A stretch of DNA of 63,118 bases, filler included, from Reticulomyxa filosa (lineage: Eukaryota > Protista > Foraminifera), in the NCBI GenBank assembly GCA_000512085.1. It is 24 parts of 24 records of this genome, joined end to end, with 100 filler letters (N's around TTAATTAATTAA, not from the genome) between each part and the next. Parts side by side here need not be neighbours in the genome. Positions count along the whole stretch, not along the records: positions 36,466 to 37,989 come from ASPP01028203.1; positions 38,090 to 42,528 come from ASPP01018484.1; positions 42,629 to 43,927 come from ASPP01042290.1; positions 44,028 to 45,027 come from ASPP01040614.1; positions 45,128 to 46,613 come from ASPP01037450.1; positions 46,714 to 51,118 come from ASPP01049890.1; 18 more parts are not named here. The stretch is one strand, 5' to 3'. Made by a program: the position numbers and the translations under genes. Shown here in pieces: positions 37,454 to 49,739 of the stretch (positions within the stretch are counted from its first letter, which is position 1; each line of letters starts with the position of its first letter). The notes under the pieces were generated by a model, which saw nothing but the letters and a program-made list of their open reading frames with translations, did not search any database and had not been told where the DNA came from.

Positions 37454-38089
37454 TTTTATGAGAACTTTTCATTTTTCACTCCTTTAACAAATCCTCCGAC
37501 TAGACTAAAATGCATTAATTTGTTTTTAGGATGTACTCAAACCTTGCAAACTGATGTCGCCTGTTTGTTTGTTTCAAGATAAAAAAGTTTGTTTAAATTA
37601 AAAATTTAAAAACTGTATTGCAAGTATAACAATCTGTCAAAAATTAAATAAAGCAATATTGTGACTAGCGCTTTAAATTGTAAGAAAAATAAACTTATTA
37701 TACATTTTTCTTGAACAATTATTTTTGCTGTTATTTTTGTACAAATTTTGCTTAAACAGGAAATTTTCTCACAAAAACTCTTTAATTTACATTTCCAACT
37801 AATTTCTCTGTTTTTTTTTCTGAACTAACTTTGTTTGTATTCAAAGCTTATCAACAATATTTTTTGATACTTCTTTATATACTGTCATTCACTATATTTT
37901 ACAGCTGTCAGTAAGTATTTTATATTAGTCATAATATGTTCAGTCAATAGTTCAACTAACAACATTTGATTATCTTCTTATTTTTTTTTNNNNNNNNNNN
38001 NNNNNNNNNNNNNNNNNNNNNNNNNNNNNNNNNTTAATTAATTAANNNNNNNNNNNNNNNNNNNNNNNNNNNNNNNNNNNNNNNNNNNN

Positions 38090-38126
38090 ATCGTTTTAGG
38101 CGTTCAGTTTTCTTTGCAACATACTG
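38090..38126 (-). mobile_element. Tc1/mariner-type terminal inverted repeat, reverse copy
   Basis: Reverse complement of 24964-25000 with one mismatch; followed by TA at 38127-38128. Confidence 0.75.
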
Positions 38127-38374
38127 TAGTTTAAATAAATAAGAATACAATTTCCGCAACTTCGACATATGAACTATTTTTTCAAATCCATTATTACTTT
38201 TTGTCTTGATAGTGACTGGACTAATACGTTGAATGAAAGTGTAAGGTCCAACAAATTTAGGTCATTATCGTTTTTTTTTCTAACAGCTCTAGTTTTGTAT
38301 CTGGTATCAAATAAAACTTTTCATCATATACCAATTCATGATGACTTACTGTTGACATTTTGTTTGGTGGTGTT

Positions 38375-39065
38375 CTAAGATGCAATTATTACTTGTAAGA
38401 ATAAAGTCCATTTATCACCACTTGAAAAATCCAAATTCCGATTAACTGCAATTGTCACTAATCTTTCTTTCAAATATTGATGAAAACGTTCAAACATTCC
38501 ATTAACAAAGCTTTTTTTTAGTAAAAGGACAAAGCAGTTTTGATTTTTGCTTCTGCACTCCGAAGAGCTTCTTTTTGTTAGTGCAGTACGAAAGTACATA
38601 AAAAATTGTGACAAAATACCAAATACCACTTTTTGCTCTTGCTCCAGTACCAAAATCAAGTTATCTTAATATAAAAAACTCTTTATATTTTCGAAAACGA
38701 CTTTAAAGTCATTTTCAAAAATGAAAACGTAAACTTGAAAATAAAATGAGATATATGAGCTTTACAACTTTTGTTAGTGCAGTACGAAAGTACATAAAAA
38801 ATTGTTCTAGAATAGCTTCTTTTGTCTTATTATAATCTATTTTCGTCATTTTATCATTGTATTCTTTATTCGACGAAACCAAATCGACAAGAAACAAAAT
38901 TAATGATAGCTTTGGAGTCAATGTAATTCCAATGGATTTGGACAATAACGCCCAAGTCAAACCAGTTTCGAATTTGTCTTTCGCTTCCCTTGCTTCTCTT
39001 TCCAACACTTCAAGAGCATTTTTTAGATGCTCAAGTCTTAATTTGATGTTTTCCAATTGTTCCAA
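38375..39065 (-). pseudogene. Coiled-coil protein gene disrupted by a duplication-plus-insertion
   Basis: Peptide QFFMYFRTALTK appears twice (ORFs 38715-39065 and 38375-38659), separated by 159 nt of foreign sequence. Confidence 0.6.
38628..38749 (+). repeat. 122-bp perfect inverted repeat, left copy
   Basis: Base-for-base reverse complement of 42135-42256 on manual comparison. Confidence 0.95.
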
Positions 39066-39849
39066 AAATTGTGTTTTGTAATCTGTTTTTGTTTTGGTTT
39101 AGTTTTAACTTACTTCAACATTATACGTACATATTGCTACCTTCTTTTTTCAAATCTCTTCCGTTGGCACGGTTTGTTAAACTACAGTCTTCCTTTTCAG
39201 ATAAATGTAGCATTTGCACCTTTTTTACTATGCGCTTTCGCAAATGTCTGAGAAAATGTCAAATGTTCATTCGACTGAGCCATTAAACAACGTTAATTAA
39301 TTTTGTGGAAACAATTCAAGAAAAATAAACTCTTTTAGTAAGAAACGTTTAGAAAAGTTCTCTCTAAAGCGTAATATTCAAAAAATGAAATGTGGTTCAA
39401 ATGAGAACATTTGCGATTACAAATAATTTTTAAAAGATGATTCAATTGAAAACAAAACACTTCTACAAATAACACTTGATTATCTTTGCTAATTTAACGA
39501 TCTTTTTTTAACATTTTAGATTTTTATTATTTTTTGTGAGTATTTCAAAATAATTTAGTAAATTTTTCTTATTTTAGCGAGCTACTACTATTGCAAAAAT
39601 AAGTTTATTCATAGAACAATATTTTTCGGTTTGAGATTGAACTCAAAAAATAATCTCCCTTATGAAATATTTGTTCATGTCATTCCATTTCTTTCTCGCC
39701 ATTTCGTTTGGTAAACAGGCGAAACTTGTAGCAAAAACGAATTCAACATAACAAATGGGCAACATATTGACACAGCAGTGAATCGAGCAAAAGACAGTTA
39801 TTACTACCCAAATTTTTTTTTAGTATTGGAAGAAAAAGAGGGAAAAATT

Positions 39850-40600
39850 TTTTTATATACTTGCTCGTTCATCCCTTTTAAAATGGAATAGATTGATCTA
39901 AAGCAAACGTATGAACCTAATGTATATGAAGAATTAGGTGATAACATTGGTAAATAAATAAATTATCGTTTGACGTATAATCTATACATCATAGCGGGAT
40001 ATAACGTTCAGTTTTTTTTCCAACATAATATGTATACTGTACGCATTGCAAAAAAGGGATCTTTTTTTTGTCACAATGGCGCAAATGCGTATCACGAAGT
40101 TTGTACTAAAAAAAAAAAATGAATGAATAAATATGAAATAGAAAGGACATGAAGACTGTCGATGGCAACAATTGCGAGAAATATAGTTTAGTAACCAATT
40201 TGTTTGGGAATAATAAGATAGGATTGTCGGAGTTTTGCTTGCTATTGACAAACTATCTGCAATGCATGTTGCCAGTATATATGATCTATCGTGGAGGAAG
40301 CACGCTACAATCGACAGACTTTATATTGATTTTGGTGCACTTTTGCCTTCTTGGCCATTGTCGATCATCAATATTCATACCGTGACATCCGAATTATTTT
40401 GGCGAAATTGGACAATGGTTCACCATTTTCCTGTTTAGTTGCGCAAATGTCGGGTTCAATTAGTACGTCTTTGGTTTTATCAACTGTTGCGTATTGTTCT
40501 ACAAAGCGCGAATTTTATACGTATTGCACGTATCCACAGTTGATGTATTATACATCTAAAAAGGGCTTTACGTGGCAAAAGAGATATTTTTTTGTAAAAA
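39850..40600 (+). pseudogene. Steroid 5-alpha-reductase/DUF1295-like membrane protein pseudogene
   Basis: P*HPNYFGEIGQWF matches the RHPNYFGE..QW signature with CGA>TGA at 40383; further stops downstream. Confidence 0.6.
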
Positions 40601-41206
40601 TGATTTTGTTGTTGTTGGTATCTTTCGAATGCATTATCACAAAAACGAGTACAATGATTTAAAAAATTTGTATATTTTTTGAATTTAAAATATAATATTT
40701 TTAAATCCTTTTGAATGCAAAAAAAGAATCAAATAAATTTCTTATTGTTGGAAAAATGATTCATGATATAATTTTTTCATACTAAAGATAGATATCTGTT
40801 AGTTATATCACATTTCAAAATTGCATATTAATTCAAGAAGAATGATAAGAATTCGTATCCATGGTTCGCTTCTTGTTATTCGTGCCTGTCGTCTATTGAT
40901 TAAAAAGATTTTTTGTTTTATGTTCAAAAACTAATATATCGAACAACAAAGTATGCAATTTCTTTTTTTTTTTTTAGTCCATATATAAATTGTCGTACTA
41001 AAGGACGACAAAATAATTTTTTATAATGCTCAATGACCCGAACGATAGTCAATGAGCAAATGAATTAGAAATTTATCTTAAAAAAAAATTACAATGGTTG
41101 GCAAAAGCACACAACCCAAAAAATAATAAACAAATTTACCAAAAGACACAAGCATTCGATCTGTCTCCTAGCCTTTTAATAACAAAAAAATCACTAATCA
41201 AAAAAG

Positions 41207-42109
41207 TTAGTTTTCCTCATTTTCTTCAAAATCTTTTTTTTCAGAATCAGCCAAATCAATTTCATACTCTTTGTTGTTCGGCATATTAGTTTTTGTATTT
41301 TGTTTTATTGGTAATTGCACGTCAGTACTTTTTGCTTGTGACAAGTTTCTTTTCGCACACACATTGAGTTTTTCAAGAATAGATATTACGTTTTTATATT
41401 TTATATTGATAGCGTCCAATGATCGCAAGTTGTTCTTTTGTTTGGATTTAATTCTCATCTGTTCATGTCTTTTAATATTTTCAAAACCATTTTCCAAATA
41501 CGAATTTAACATAACTATTTCATTGCTAAATTTAGTATTGTTTTCAAATTCTTCATTTTTGATTTCTTCTTCTAGTTTTGCTGCTTGTTTTTTTAATTCT
41601 TCCAAATTTCTTTTTTTATGTTCAAGACTGGTTTTTTTTTCATGATTGTACTCATTCATTTTACTTTGAATTTGTTTCATTTTCTCCAGTATTATTTTTT
41701 CATATTCCAATACAGACAAATTGCAAAAGTAATATTCGTCCAGTTGAATGTACATTTGGTTCAATTCTGAGGATAAGCATTGCAATTTATGGAGAATATT
41801 CTCCATTTTCAAATCATCTAAAAATGAACTGATGTTTTTTATCGATGATTTAAAGTATATATTATCTAAAAAGACTATGTTTTCTGTTTCATCACCACTT
41901 TCCAATATAAAAGTTTCACATTGTTCTCTTTTCTGAGGCTCAATTGTTTGTTGAATTGAAGCAATTTTTAAATCCAACAAATTTGTATTATCTTTTTCTG
42001 CAACCTCTTGTTCAAATTTATTTATTTCCTCTTCATCTCGTTTATTACTAAAAGCTGCCACTCTAGCTTCATCTTGAACAGGAACTTGACTGTTTGATTG
42101 TACCACCAT
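41207..42109 (-). CDS. Hypothetical coiled-coil protein (300 aa)
   Basis: Long stop-free E/K/N-rich ORF with heptad character; no domain recognised. Confidence 0.65.
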   Translation of the reverse strand: MVVQSNSQVPVQDEARVAAFSNKRDEEEINKFEQEVAEKDNTNLLDLKIASIQQTIEPQKREQCETFILESGDETENIVFLDNIYFKSSIKNISSFLDDLKMENILHKLQCLSSELNQMYIQLDEYYFCNLSVLEYEKIILEKMKQIQSKMNEYNHEKKTSLEHKKRNLEELKKQAAKLEEEIKNEEFENNTKFSNEIVMLNSYLENGFENIKRHEQMRIKSKQKNNLRSLDAINIKYKNVISILEKLNVCAKRNLSQAKSTDVQLPIKQNTKTNMPNNKEYEIDLADSEKKDFEENEEN

Positions 42110-42134
42110 TTGGTGGCCATTGGCTAATTCAAAG

Positions 42135-42256
42135 TCATTTTATTTTCAAGTTTACGTTTTCATTTTTGAAAATGACTTTAAAGTCGTTTTCGAAAATATA
42201 AAGAGTTTTTTATATTAAGATAACTTGATTTTGGTACTGGAGCAAGAGCAAAAAGT
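42135..42256 (-). repeat. 122-bp perfect inverted repeat, right copy (just upstream of ORF 41207-42109)
   Basis: Reverse complement of 38628-38749. Confidence 0.95.
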
Positions 42257-42694
42257 TGTGCATTAAAAAAAAAAGCAAGTAAGACAAAATCAAAAAGAAA
42301 AGTTTAGATTTTTCCTTACTTGCTTTTTTTTTTTAAATTTTTTTGAAATAATATCTGGACTGCATTTTTTTTAAAAAAATTGAATTAGTTTATTATTAAA
42401 ACAGAACAATGTTGCTTTGCTTTTTTAATTTTAATGTAAGACAATGAAATTTTATTTATTTGTAATGAATTGGATTATATTTAAATCAAACACATTATTT
42501 TTTTTAATAAGTGATAAATATTAAATATNNNNNNNNNNNNNNNNNNNNNNNNNNNNNNNNNNNNNNNNNNNNTTAATTAATTAANNNNNNNNNNNNNNNN
42601 NNNNNNNNNNNNNNNNNNNNNNNNNNNNTATATATATATATATGTATATATTTATTTATTTATTTATTCATTCATTTATTTGTATTCAATAAAG

Positions 42695-43852
42695 GCTGGA
42701 TAAACGGTGGATTAACAATAAAAACGAAAAATCCGCACTTGCAAATGTTGAAACATAAAACGTCGCCATTGGAATTGCTGAATGAAAAGAAAATGTGCAG
42801 GTTCGAAAGTATAACGTTGACGACGGATGATTTATATCGCATTCAACAAAACGCAAACCACAAAGCCCACGAGTTTACCATAATCGTGCTTGGCGGAAGT
42901 CGAACTGGAAAGACGAGTCTCGTTCGTCGCTTTGTGATGGGAGTGTTTAGCAGGAAATACAAGCGATCAGTTGGGATCAAGCAGTATCAATACAAATGCA
43001 CTATTCCTATCCAATTGCGCGAACGCACCTTAGCCGATACCAACGCTGATGATCAAGTGCACTCCGGGTCCTACCACTCCATCCAGCTCACTGCCGATTC
43101 TACTATCTTTGATTCCTCTGATGACGAACTTGAACAAGTTAAAGGTCAACTCCCAAACAAAGAGATTTTTATTTTATGTTATTTATTTATTGATTTATTT
43201 ATTTTGTTTGTTTTGATAATAATCACAATGACAATAATAATAATACATATACATATATGTATATGTATGTATATATGTATATGTATTATTATTATTGTGA
43301 TTATTATCACCATTACTTTTATTTGTATTGCATATGTATACGTACGTAAAATAAATATGTGTGCATTGTTGCATATATAAATGATGTTGATTATGGTGGT
43401 GGTAATGATTGTTGTTGTCATTGTAAACACCGAACCTTGTGGCAAAAGAATGACCAATCGAAAGACGCCAAAAAAAGCATGAATCAGTACGAGATGAGCA
43501 AGTCCCCAACACGAACATTTGAAACGATTACCACGACAACGACGACGACAACGACGACGACAACGACGACAACAACAACCGCGACGACAACGCCAGTGTA
43601 TTTTGTACCGTATGGTATTGAGGAGATAAAGGAGGACGAACAACAAGACACAAGCATGTTGATGACAGGCGAGCAAAGGAATGACCCCAAAATACAAATT
43701 CGAATGGCGCAAATGGACCTGGTCGTCACATTGAACATTATCGACTTGGGTTTCCACGCCATTCCAGAAGACTCGCTTTTGGAAAAAGTCAACGCCTTGG
43801 TGTTAGTTTGCGACGTGACGGACGCGTCATCCTTGGACCAGTTGCTATTTAA
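42695..43852 (+). CDS. Atypical Ras-superfamily GTPase domain with a long low-complexity insertion; internal exons only
   Basis: G1 IIVLGGSRTGKTSLVRRFV, switch I YKRSVG, degenerate G3 LNIIDLGF, NALVLVCDVTDASSLDQL; probable intron 43138-43448; poly-Thr tract. Confidence 0.75.
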
Positions 43853-44857
43853 GTTTGAATGTATTTTTTTTTTTTTTTAATTTTCTCTCTCTCTCACAAA
43901 TATATTTGTCCATTGGAATATATATACNNNNNNNNNNNNNNNNNNNNNNNNNNNNNNNNNNNNNNNNNNNNTTAATTAATTAANNNNNNNNNNNNNNNNN
44001 NNNNNNNNNNNNNNNNNNNNNNNNNNNTAAAATATTATATTTTATTTCAGTTCTGCTTTGTCTAGTTTTTAATCTTAATATATAACTCACTACATTTATA
44101 ACAACGATATACAGTTTCATTGTCAAATTCGGAAAGGTTAAAAAGAGCAAAAATTGTAGTTGGAATATTTTATTTCAAAAAAAAAATATTTTATCTCTAT
44201 ATTGTAATAAGTAATACATGTATAAAAATACAACAAAGAAAATAATTATTGAGTTGTGTCATCAGGCTTAATTTCAATTTTATTGCAATTTGTCTTTTTT
44301 TTAATAAATATTATATGAAAGATCTTCAATTTTATGAAAGGTTATTGCAATGTTATATGAAATGAAATTGGATGGCAAATATGACAGTAATTTAACAAGA
44401 ATAAAAAAAAAAGTAAAGATTTAACTCCCATTCTTCTTCCAGCTTGAGACTAAGCAGTACTTATGGCTGGCACACTCTTTTTTTTTTGGACCGAGTATTT
44501 TTCTTTTTATATTTTGTTTTCTCGCGTTGTACTCATTTTCTTCCAGGAAATACAATCACTGGCATTTTAAATCGAGTTTGCCAAGAGATAGATCCGAACA
44601 AGGTTTAATTTCAGTGCACTCCTTAATAGGAAAAAAAAAGTGGGCACTAATTTCGTTTTGAATGACAAGAAAAAAAAGATATATGACAATCATCTTTGAC
44701 CAAAAGAAGCGAGAAACACAAGGGGATGAAAAAAAAAGAAAGAAAGTAAAAAAAAAGAATATCAATCAAAAATGGCAATCACACTCAAAAAAAAAAAAAA
44801 AGAGCTTTGGTTGAATATCAAACAAGCAAAGAGACAAGGGACGGAAAGCGTAGGACT

Positions 44858-45027
44858 CTATCCTTCATAGCACTTTTTATGGACAATAGAAGAGCCAAAT
44901 TCTTGATATTCGGAAGGCCAAATCCACGACTCGTCAAATGAGGAGAGTGAAGTCAAGATGGCGCCTCCAATCCAAGGCGAGAACTTTCGTTCCGGAGGGG
45001 CAATGATATTGATTTTCATGGAGTCAG
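44858..45027 (-). CDS. Divergent actin or actin-related protein, C-terminal fragment (not in ORF track)
   Basis: Manual translation [55 protein letters not shown] aligns with actin [51 protein letters not shown]. Confidence 0.93.
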
Positions 45028-45639
45028 NNNNNNNNNNNNNNNNNNNNNNNNNNNNNNNNNNNNNNNNNNNNTTAATTAATTAANNNNNNNNNNNNNNNNN
45101 NNNNNNNNNNNNNNNNNNNNNNNNNNNTACTGAAAGTACCTCCTAAATTCTCTTCTACTAGTTCTCATGATGCTGCAGTTATCAAAATTTAGTCCAAGTG
45201 TATAGTTGTGTGTGTGACTAATCTACTCGAGAAAGTACAAAAATTTGCATGACAGATATTCTTTGTGAAATAAGTATTGTACAGTGTGATTCGTAAAAGA
45301 GAGACTATGTGACAAAGAAAATGTTTGGAAAATTATTACGTCAGTGCAGATAACATTTGGAAAAAAATAATTCTGTCAGTGTTTTGATCTCATGTTCAAA
45401 CACTTGTTATATTTTGCTGACTGCAATGTCCTGGTCAAACAATTTTGTTATTTCAAAATTGCACTAAGCTAATGTGTTTGTGTTGTTAATTATTTAAAAA
45501 AACTCGTAGTATTCTGTGCATTCTGTAATCAAGGTAATATTTTCATTAAGATAATCATATGTTAATGTATTGAAGTAAAGTTTATCCTTCAATAAAAATT
45601 TTTTTATAAAAAAAAAGGAGTTATTATTCACTCCAAAAT

Positions 45640-46080
45640 TGGTATCAGTTTGCGCATTTGGCAACAATGCTTTATCAGTATTGAACAATCCCAAATTAAG
45701 CAATGCATCTTTCACATGTTTGTCGTTGTCGCTGCCTATATACACGTATACACATTTTTTTAAAAAATTGATGTAAAAAAAATTCAATTAAAAGATAAAC
45801 TTGATGCAATTTTATCAATTTCTTTGGCCTCCCAATCAGTAGGTCTTTCAGTCAAACCATCAGTGACCAAAGAGCCAATGAAATCTGCTTGATTTTGAGA
45901 ATTGTCAAGCTGCGCTTTGATTTCTGTCACAACTCCATTGCTTGTGACCTTGTAATATTGCAAGGTCACACAAACAGGGTAGCGTTTATCACGTATCAAA
46001 GGTATACTGAAGTTATCCATTTCATCAAATTTCAGTGTTTCTTTCCCACATGCCTCACACAGTATATGCCTTGAGTTTTT
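45640..46080 (-). pseudogene. Fragment of an uncharacterised conserved domain
   Basis: LIRDKRYPVCVTLQYYKVTSNGVV looks like a conserved motif I recall from protist and giant-virus ubiquitin-domain proteins; unverified. Confidence 0.3.
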
Positions 46081-46713
46081 CGAGCTGTTTGATATATATG
46101 TATATGTACATATATTTATATATTTATATACTTATATATTTTTACCATTGATAAACCACGGATTCGGGAAGGCTACCTTGATCACAAAGAGAGCATTTGT
46201 AGATTCCTCTAATAACACGTGAGCAATCCATGAGTTCATTATATTGGCATTCGACACAGAGGGGGAACTCCAAGGCCTTCACTTTGATAATAGCGGATTC
46301 AATGGTCACTGTCGTCTTTTGATCTGGTTCGCTTCCATTGTGCACCAGCACTCAACGTTATTGTCTTAAATGTCTTCTTTTTGTCGCTATCTGGCGCAAT
46401 CAATTGCTCATTTCCTATTTCTTGCTGTATCTTCCCATGATACATTTACAATGTCCAGCCCGGCTTTAGTCACACATATTTTGGCATTTGATGAACCTGC
46501 GTAGTTTTTTTTTACAAGGTTAACCAAGTCTTGCTTGGATTTATCTTTCAAATGAAAAATAAATATTGACACTACTTGCCAGAAACAACTTAGTTTTCAA
46601 TTAATTTAATTAANNNNNNNNNNNNNNNNNNNNNNNNNNNNNNNNNNNNNNNNNNNNTTAATTAATTAANNNNNNNNNNNNNNNNNNNNNNNNNNNNNNN
46701 NNNNNNNNNNNNN

Positions 46714-47330
46714 TAAAGGGTTCCAAAGTTCACTTGTAGTGCGAGAATTACTTATTACGACATCATGAGTACTACACTCCCAGACTTAAATCCGATAGAA
46801 AAGTTATGGAGCAAAATTAAACAAAACTTAAAAACCAAAAAAATATCAACAGACACAATTTATTTAATGAAATATTAAAATGAAAAATTTGAAAATTGAA
46901 TACTTACAAAAACTAATTGATTCAATGCCAAATAGTAATAAACCAAAAAGGATACGCAATAAAATACTGACAAAAACTCAATTAAAGTAAACTGGACAAT
47001 TTTTTTTTTTTCAAAAGCAAAGATTTTCTGCAAAATATTTGCAATAACAAAACCAGTGGATGTAGGTTCCACAAAAAAGTGTTGAAAAATGTTAAGATTT
47101 CCAAATATGCCAACAAAAATGTTTAAAGTTCCAATGTCCATTGTAAGTGAAAATGAACATCGTTTTAAAGAATTCATATATATATTACATATTGACTTCT
47201 TTGATAGTCTTGAAAAAAAATTATTAAAAAATCAATTTGATTTTCTCCATGAAAAATTAGCTTTTTGTTAAAAATGAATCATCTTTGTAAAATGCCATTT
47301 TAGGTGCCATTTTTGTTTTGCAAACTACTG
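46714..47330 (+). mobile_element. Right end of an IS630/Tc1/mariner element: transposase C-terminal remnant plus terminal inverted repeat
   Basis: PDLNPIEKLWSKIKQ at about 46780-46825; ends TTTTGCAAACTACTG|TA at 47330, related to the TIR at 24964. Confidence 0.8.
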
Positions 47331-47369
47331 TATAATTTGATTGTTTTTTTAATTTGTTTATTTTGATGA

Positions 47370-47700
47370 AATTGTTTGACTATGTGCTGTTCCACACGTA
47401 CTGTAGCTTTTCTCAGAGGTCTTGCTTGTTTTTAATGCTTCCGTTGTATTTCTTTAATCTTCTACCTAACTTCTGTCCAAAGATGCTCGATTGGATTCAA
47501 GTCAGGAGATTGTGAGTACGTTGATCTTGTTTTCATAAAGCTATTTTTTAATCAGTTTTGCTGTAAGTTTTGGGTTGTTATCATGCTGAAAAATAACATC
47601 ATTTGTTTCCATTCTAATACCAACTGACTGCCACTTTAAATTCATCTTTTAATATTTTTCTATAGAGATCTACATTCATACCACTATCAATACGGCCGAC
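47370..47700 (-). mobile_element. Tc1-family DDE transposase pseudogene fragment
   Basis: RIDSGMNVDLYRKILKDE...VIFQHDNNPKLTAKLIKK*LYENKINVL...QSPDLNPIEHLWTEV; stops and frameshifts. Confidence 0.9.
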
Positions 47701-48289
47701 TCTTTTGCTTGTCATACACTCATATTTTTTTCATATGAGAATTGCTTTCAAATAATTGTGATTCATTTTCATCAGATTATATTACTCATTGCCATTCTTC
47801 TGTTGCCCATTTTTTGTGCTTTTCAGCAAAGTTAAGCTGGCCTCTTTATGATCACGTTTAAAAAATGAATTCTTGTTTTTAATCCAGCAAAAAAACCAGA
47901 TCACTTTAATATTCGACTTACTGTTTTCGTAGACACTTTTATAGCTTACCGAAAATTCTTCAAATAGCTTTTTCAAAATATTAACAGAAAGCATATCAAT
48001 ATGCCAAAATATGATAAAATTTGTATATAAAAAATCCAAATATCAATAAAAAGCTTTTAAAAAAATTTTATAAAAAAAAATGAAAAATTGGTGATATACA
48101 AAAAATTGTACAAAAAAAATCAAACAAAAAGATTTTGAAAATGTTGTTTTTTTTCACATAAATAATAGATTATCTTCATAATGTGCCATTTTATGTGCCA
48201 GGACTTTTGTTACATACATGTATCTGCGTTGGTGCAATTGTAAACGTTGAAAAACAAGCTTCAGAAATTGAATATTTGACATTCATGTG

Positions 48290-48720
48290 CTCCTATAAAG
48301 GCATTCGATCAAGTTTATTTGTGTATAATTTATTGTACACAATAATAATCAGACTATCATTTGAATATGTCTGTGCATTCTGGGATGAGCAGAATTGAAG
48401 GACATCATTCAAAAAGATCGTATTCCACAAATTGGAAGTACATAGAAGGTTTCATATTTAAAATTAAAAAATCATACACACCAGATTGCAAGTGGTGTGA
48501 AGAAGAGATTGTGGAGCATTTCCTAATGTAATGTTCACATTATCAAGGACTTAGAGATTTATGGTGAGCAGCAGTGAAGTCATTGTTGATGTATTTCGAA
48601 TTCAAGACATCAAACCTGATAAGTTTGGTTGTTGGAGACAGAACATGTGAACCTGAAACAAGATCAAAAGTCGTCAAGGAACTTTCAAAGTTCATTGTAA
48701 CATTTTTGTGACAATTTTGA
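48290..48720 (+). mobile_element. Non-LTR retrotransposon ORF2 C-terminal remnant (CCHC zinc knuckle)
   Basis: TPDCKWCEEEIVEHFLM*CSHYQGLRDLW follows the CxxC...E...H....C pattern. Confidence 0.65.
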
Positions 48721-48959
48721 AACAATTTTTGATTTTTTCGACAATTTTAATTATCTTTCGTTTTCGTTTATTGATGCCATGAACTATTTTGGTCCAGGTG
48801 CTTTAACTTGCTTTTGTTTGCATGTTTGTGGTTTAGAGTAGTGCGAAAAATCAGTGAATAAGCGAATGACGAAAACAAGTAGTCAATCACTTTTCAAAAC
48901 CCTCCCAGTGCAAAAGCTTAAAAAAAAATTGATGTCATCAACGAATATTTCACATTGAA

Positions 48960-49700
48960 CCACATCGATGAGATACCGGTGATTGAATCACTGCGACATA
49001 TTTTGGCACACAAAGCACAATGCTCAGACAAAATTCATAATCAAATGCTGAAGAATGTAGTACAAAAAATGACTTATTAATGCTATTCTTGTTCGTCTGG
49101 AGTTACAAGATTGGCTATATCCAAGATTATGGAAAAAAGCAATATAGTTTCTATTACAAAACTACATCAAGACCATAGCATTTGTAAGAATTACAGACCA
49201 ATTGTATTGCCAGCTGGAGTTGGAAAATTATTAGAAAGAATTATCACAATGATATTGATGTGATATTTAAATGAGGACAATTCATTATTCATATATGCAA
49301 CATTTAACAAGAATTCGATACATATGCAGTATTATTAGATATATCTTCAGCATATGATAGTGTATGTAGAGATGGATTACGAAATAAGATTAAAAAAGAA
49401 CTTGGATTAAAAGATAATGTATTGGTGGTTGTATATTCTCCTTAGATACAGAGTGACAAGTAATTCTTAATGGAATCACTTCAAGAATTAGACAATTTGA
49501 AACAGGATTACCAAAATGGAAATTGTTATTAGCTCTAGATAAAGACACAATCAATCTCTTTCAAGATGAAAAATAAGAAGACGTATCCAATAATGAAATT
49601 TCAACTGAATAGAATTGAAATGCAATTCATAGAATTACGATTATTCAATTGCAAAATGCCAATTTTTGATGAAAGAACTTAGAGAAGATTGTATATCTAA
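48960..49700 (+). mobile_element. Non-LTR (LINE-like) reverse transcriptase pseudogene, plus-strand copy
   Basis: KAQCSDKIHNQMLKN, DHSICKNYRPIVLPAGVGKLLERII, AVLLDISSAYDSV; many stops. Confidence 0.9.
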
Positions 49701-49739
49701 AATATGTTTGATCAAAGGACACTATGTAGTTCCTGGGAA

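Noticed and set aside
38571-38768. The 38.6-kb insertion as a newly gained intron (GT start, CTAAC, AG end on minus strand)
   Set aside because: Splicing at those sites does not restore the apparent ancestral frame; RNA-seq would be needed to revisit it.
44500-44640. Possible selenocysteine read-through (KCQ*LYFLEENE) on the minus strand
   Set aside because: Lies downstream of the actin stop, shows no selenoprotein motif and no SECIS was seen.
4285-49263. Stop-codon reassignment (TGA/TAG read as Trp)
   Set aside because: In-frame stops occur only in genes that also have frameshifts; intact genes use TGG for Trp and end in TAA, TAG or TGA (myotubularin TGA, Rab TAG).
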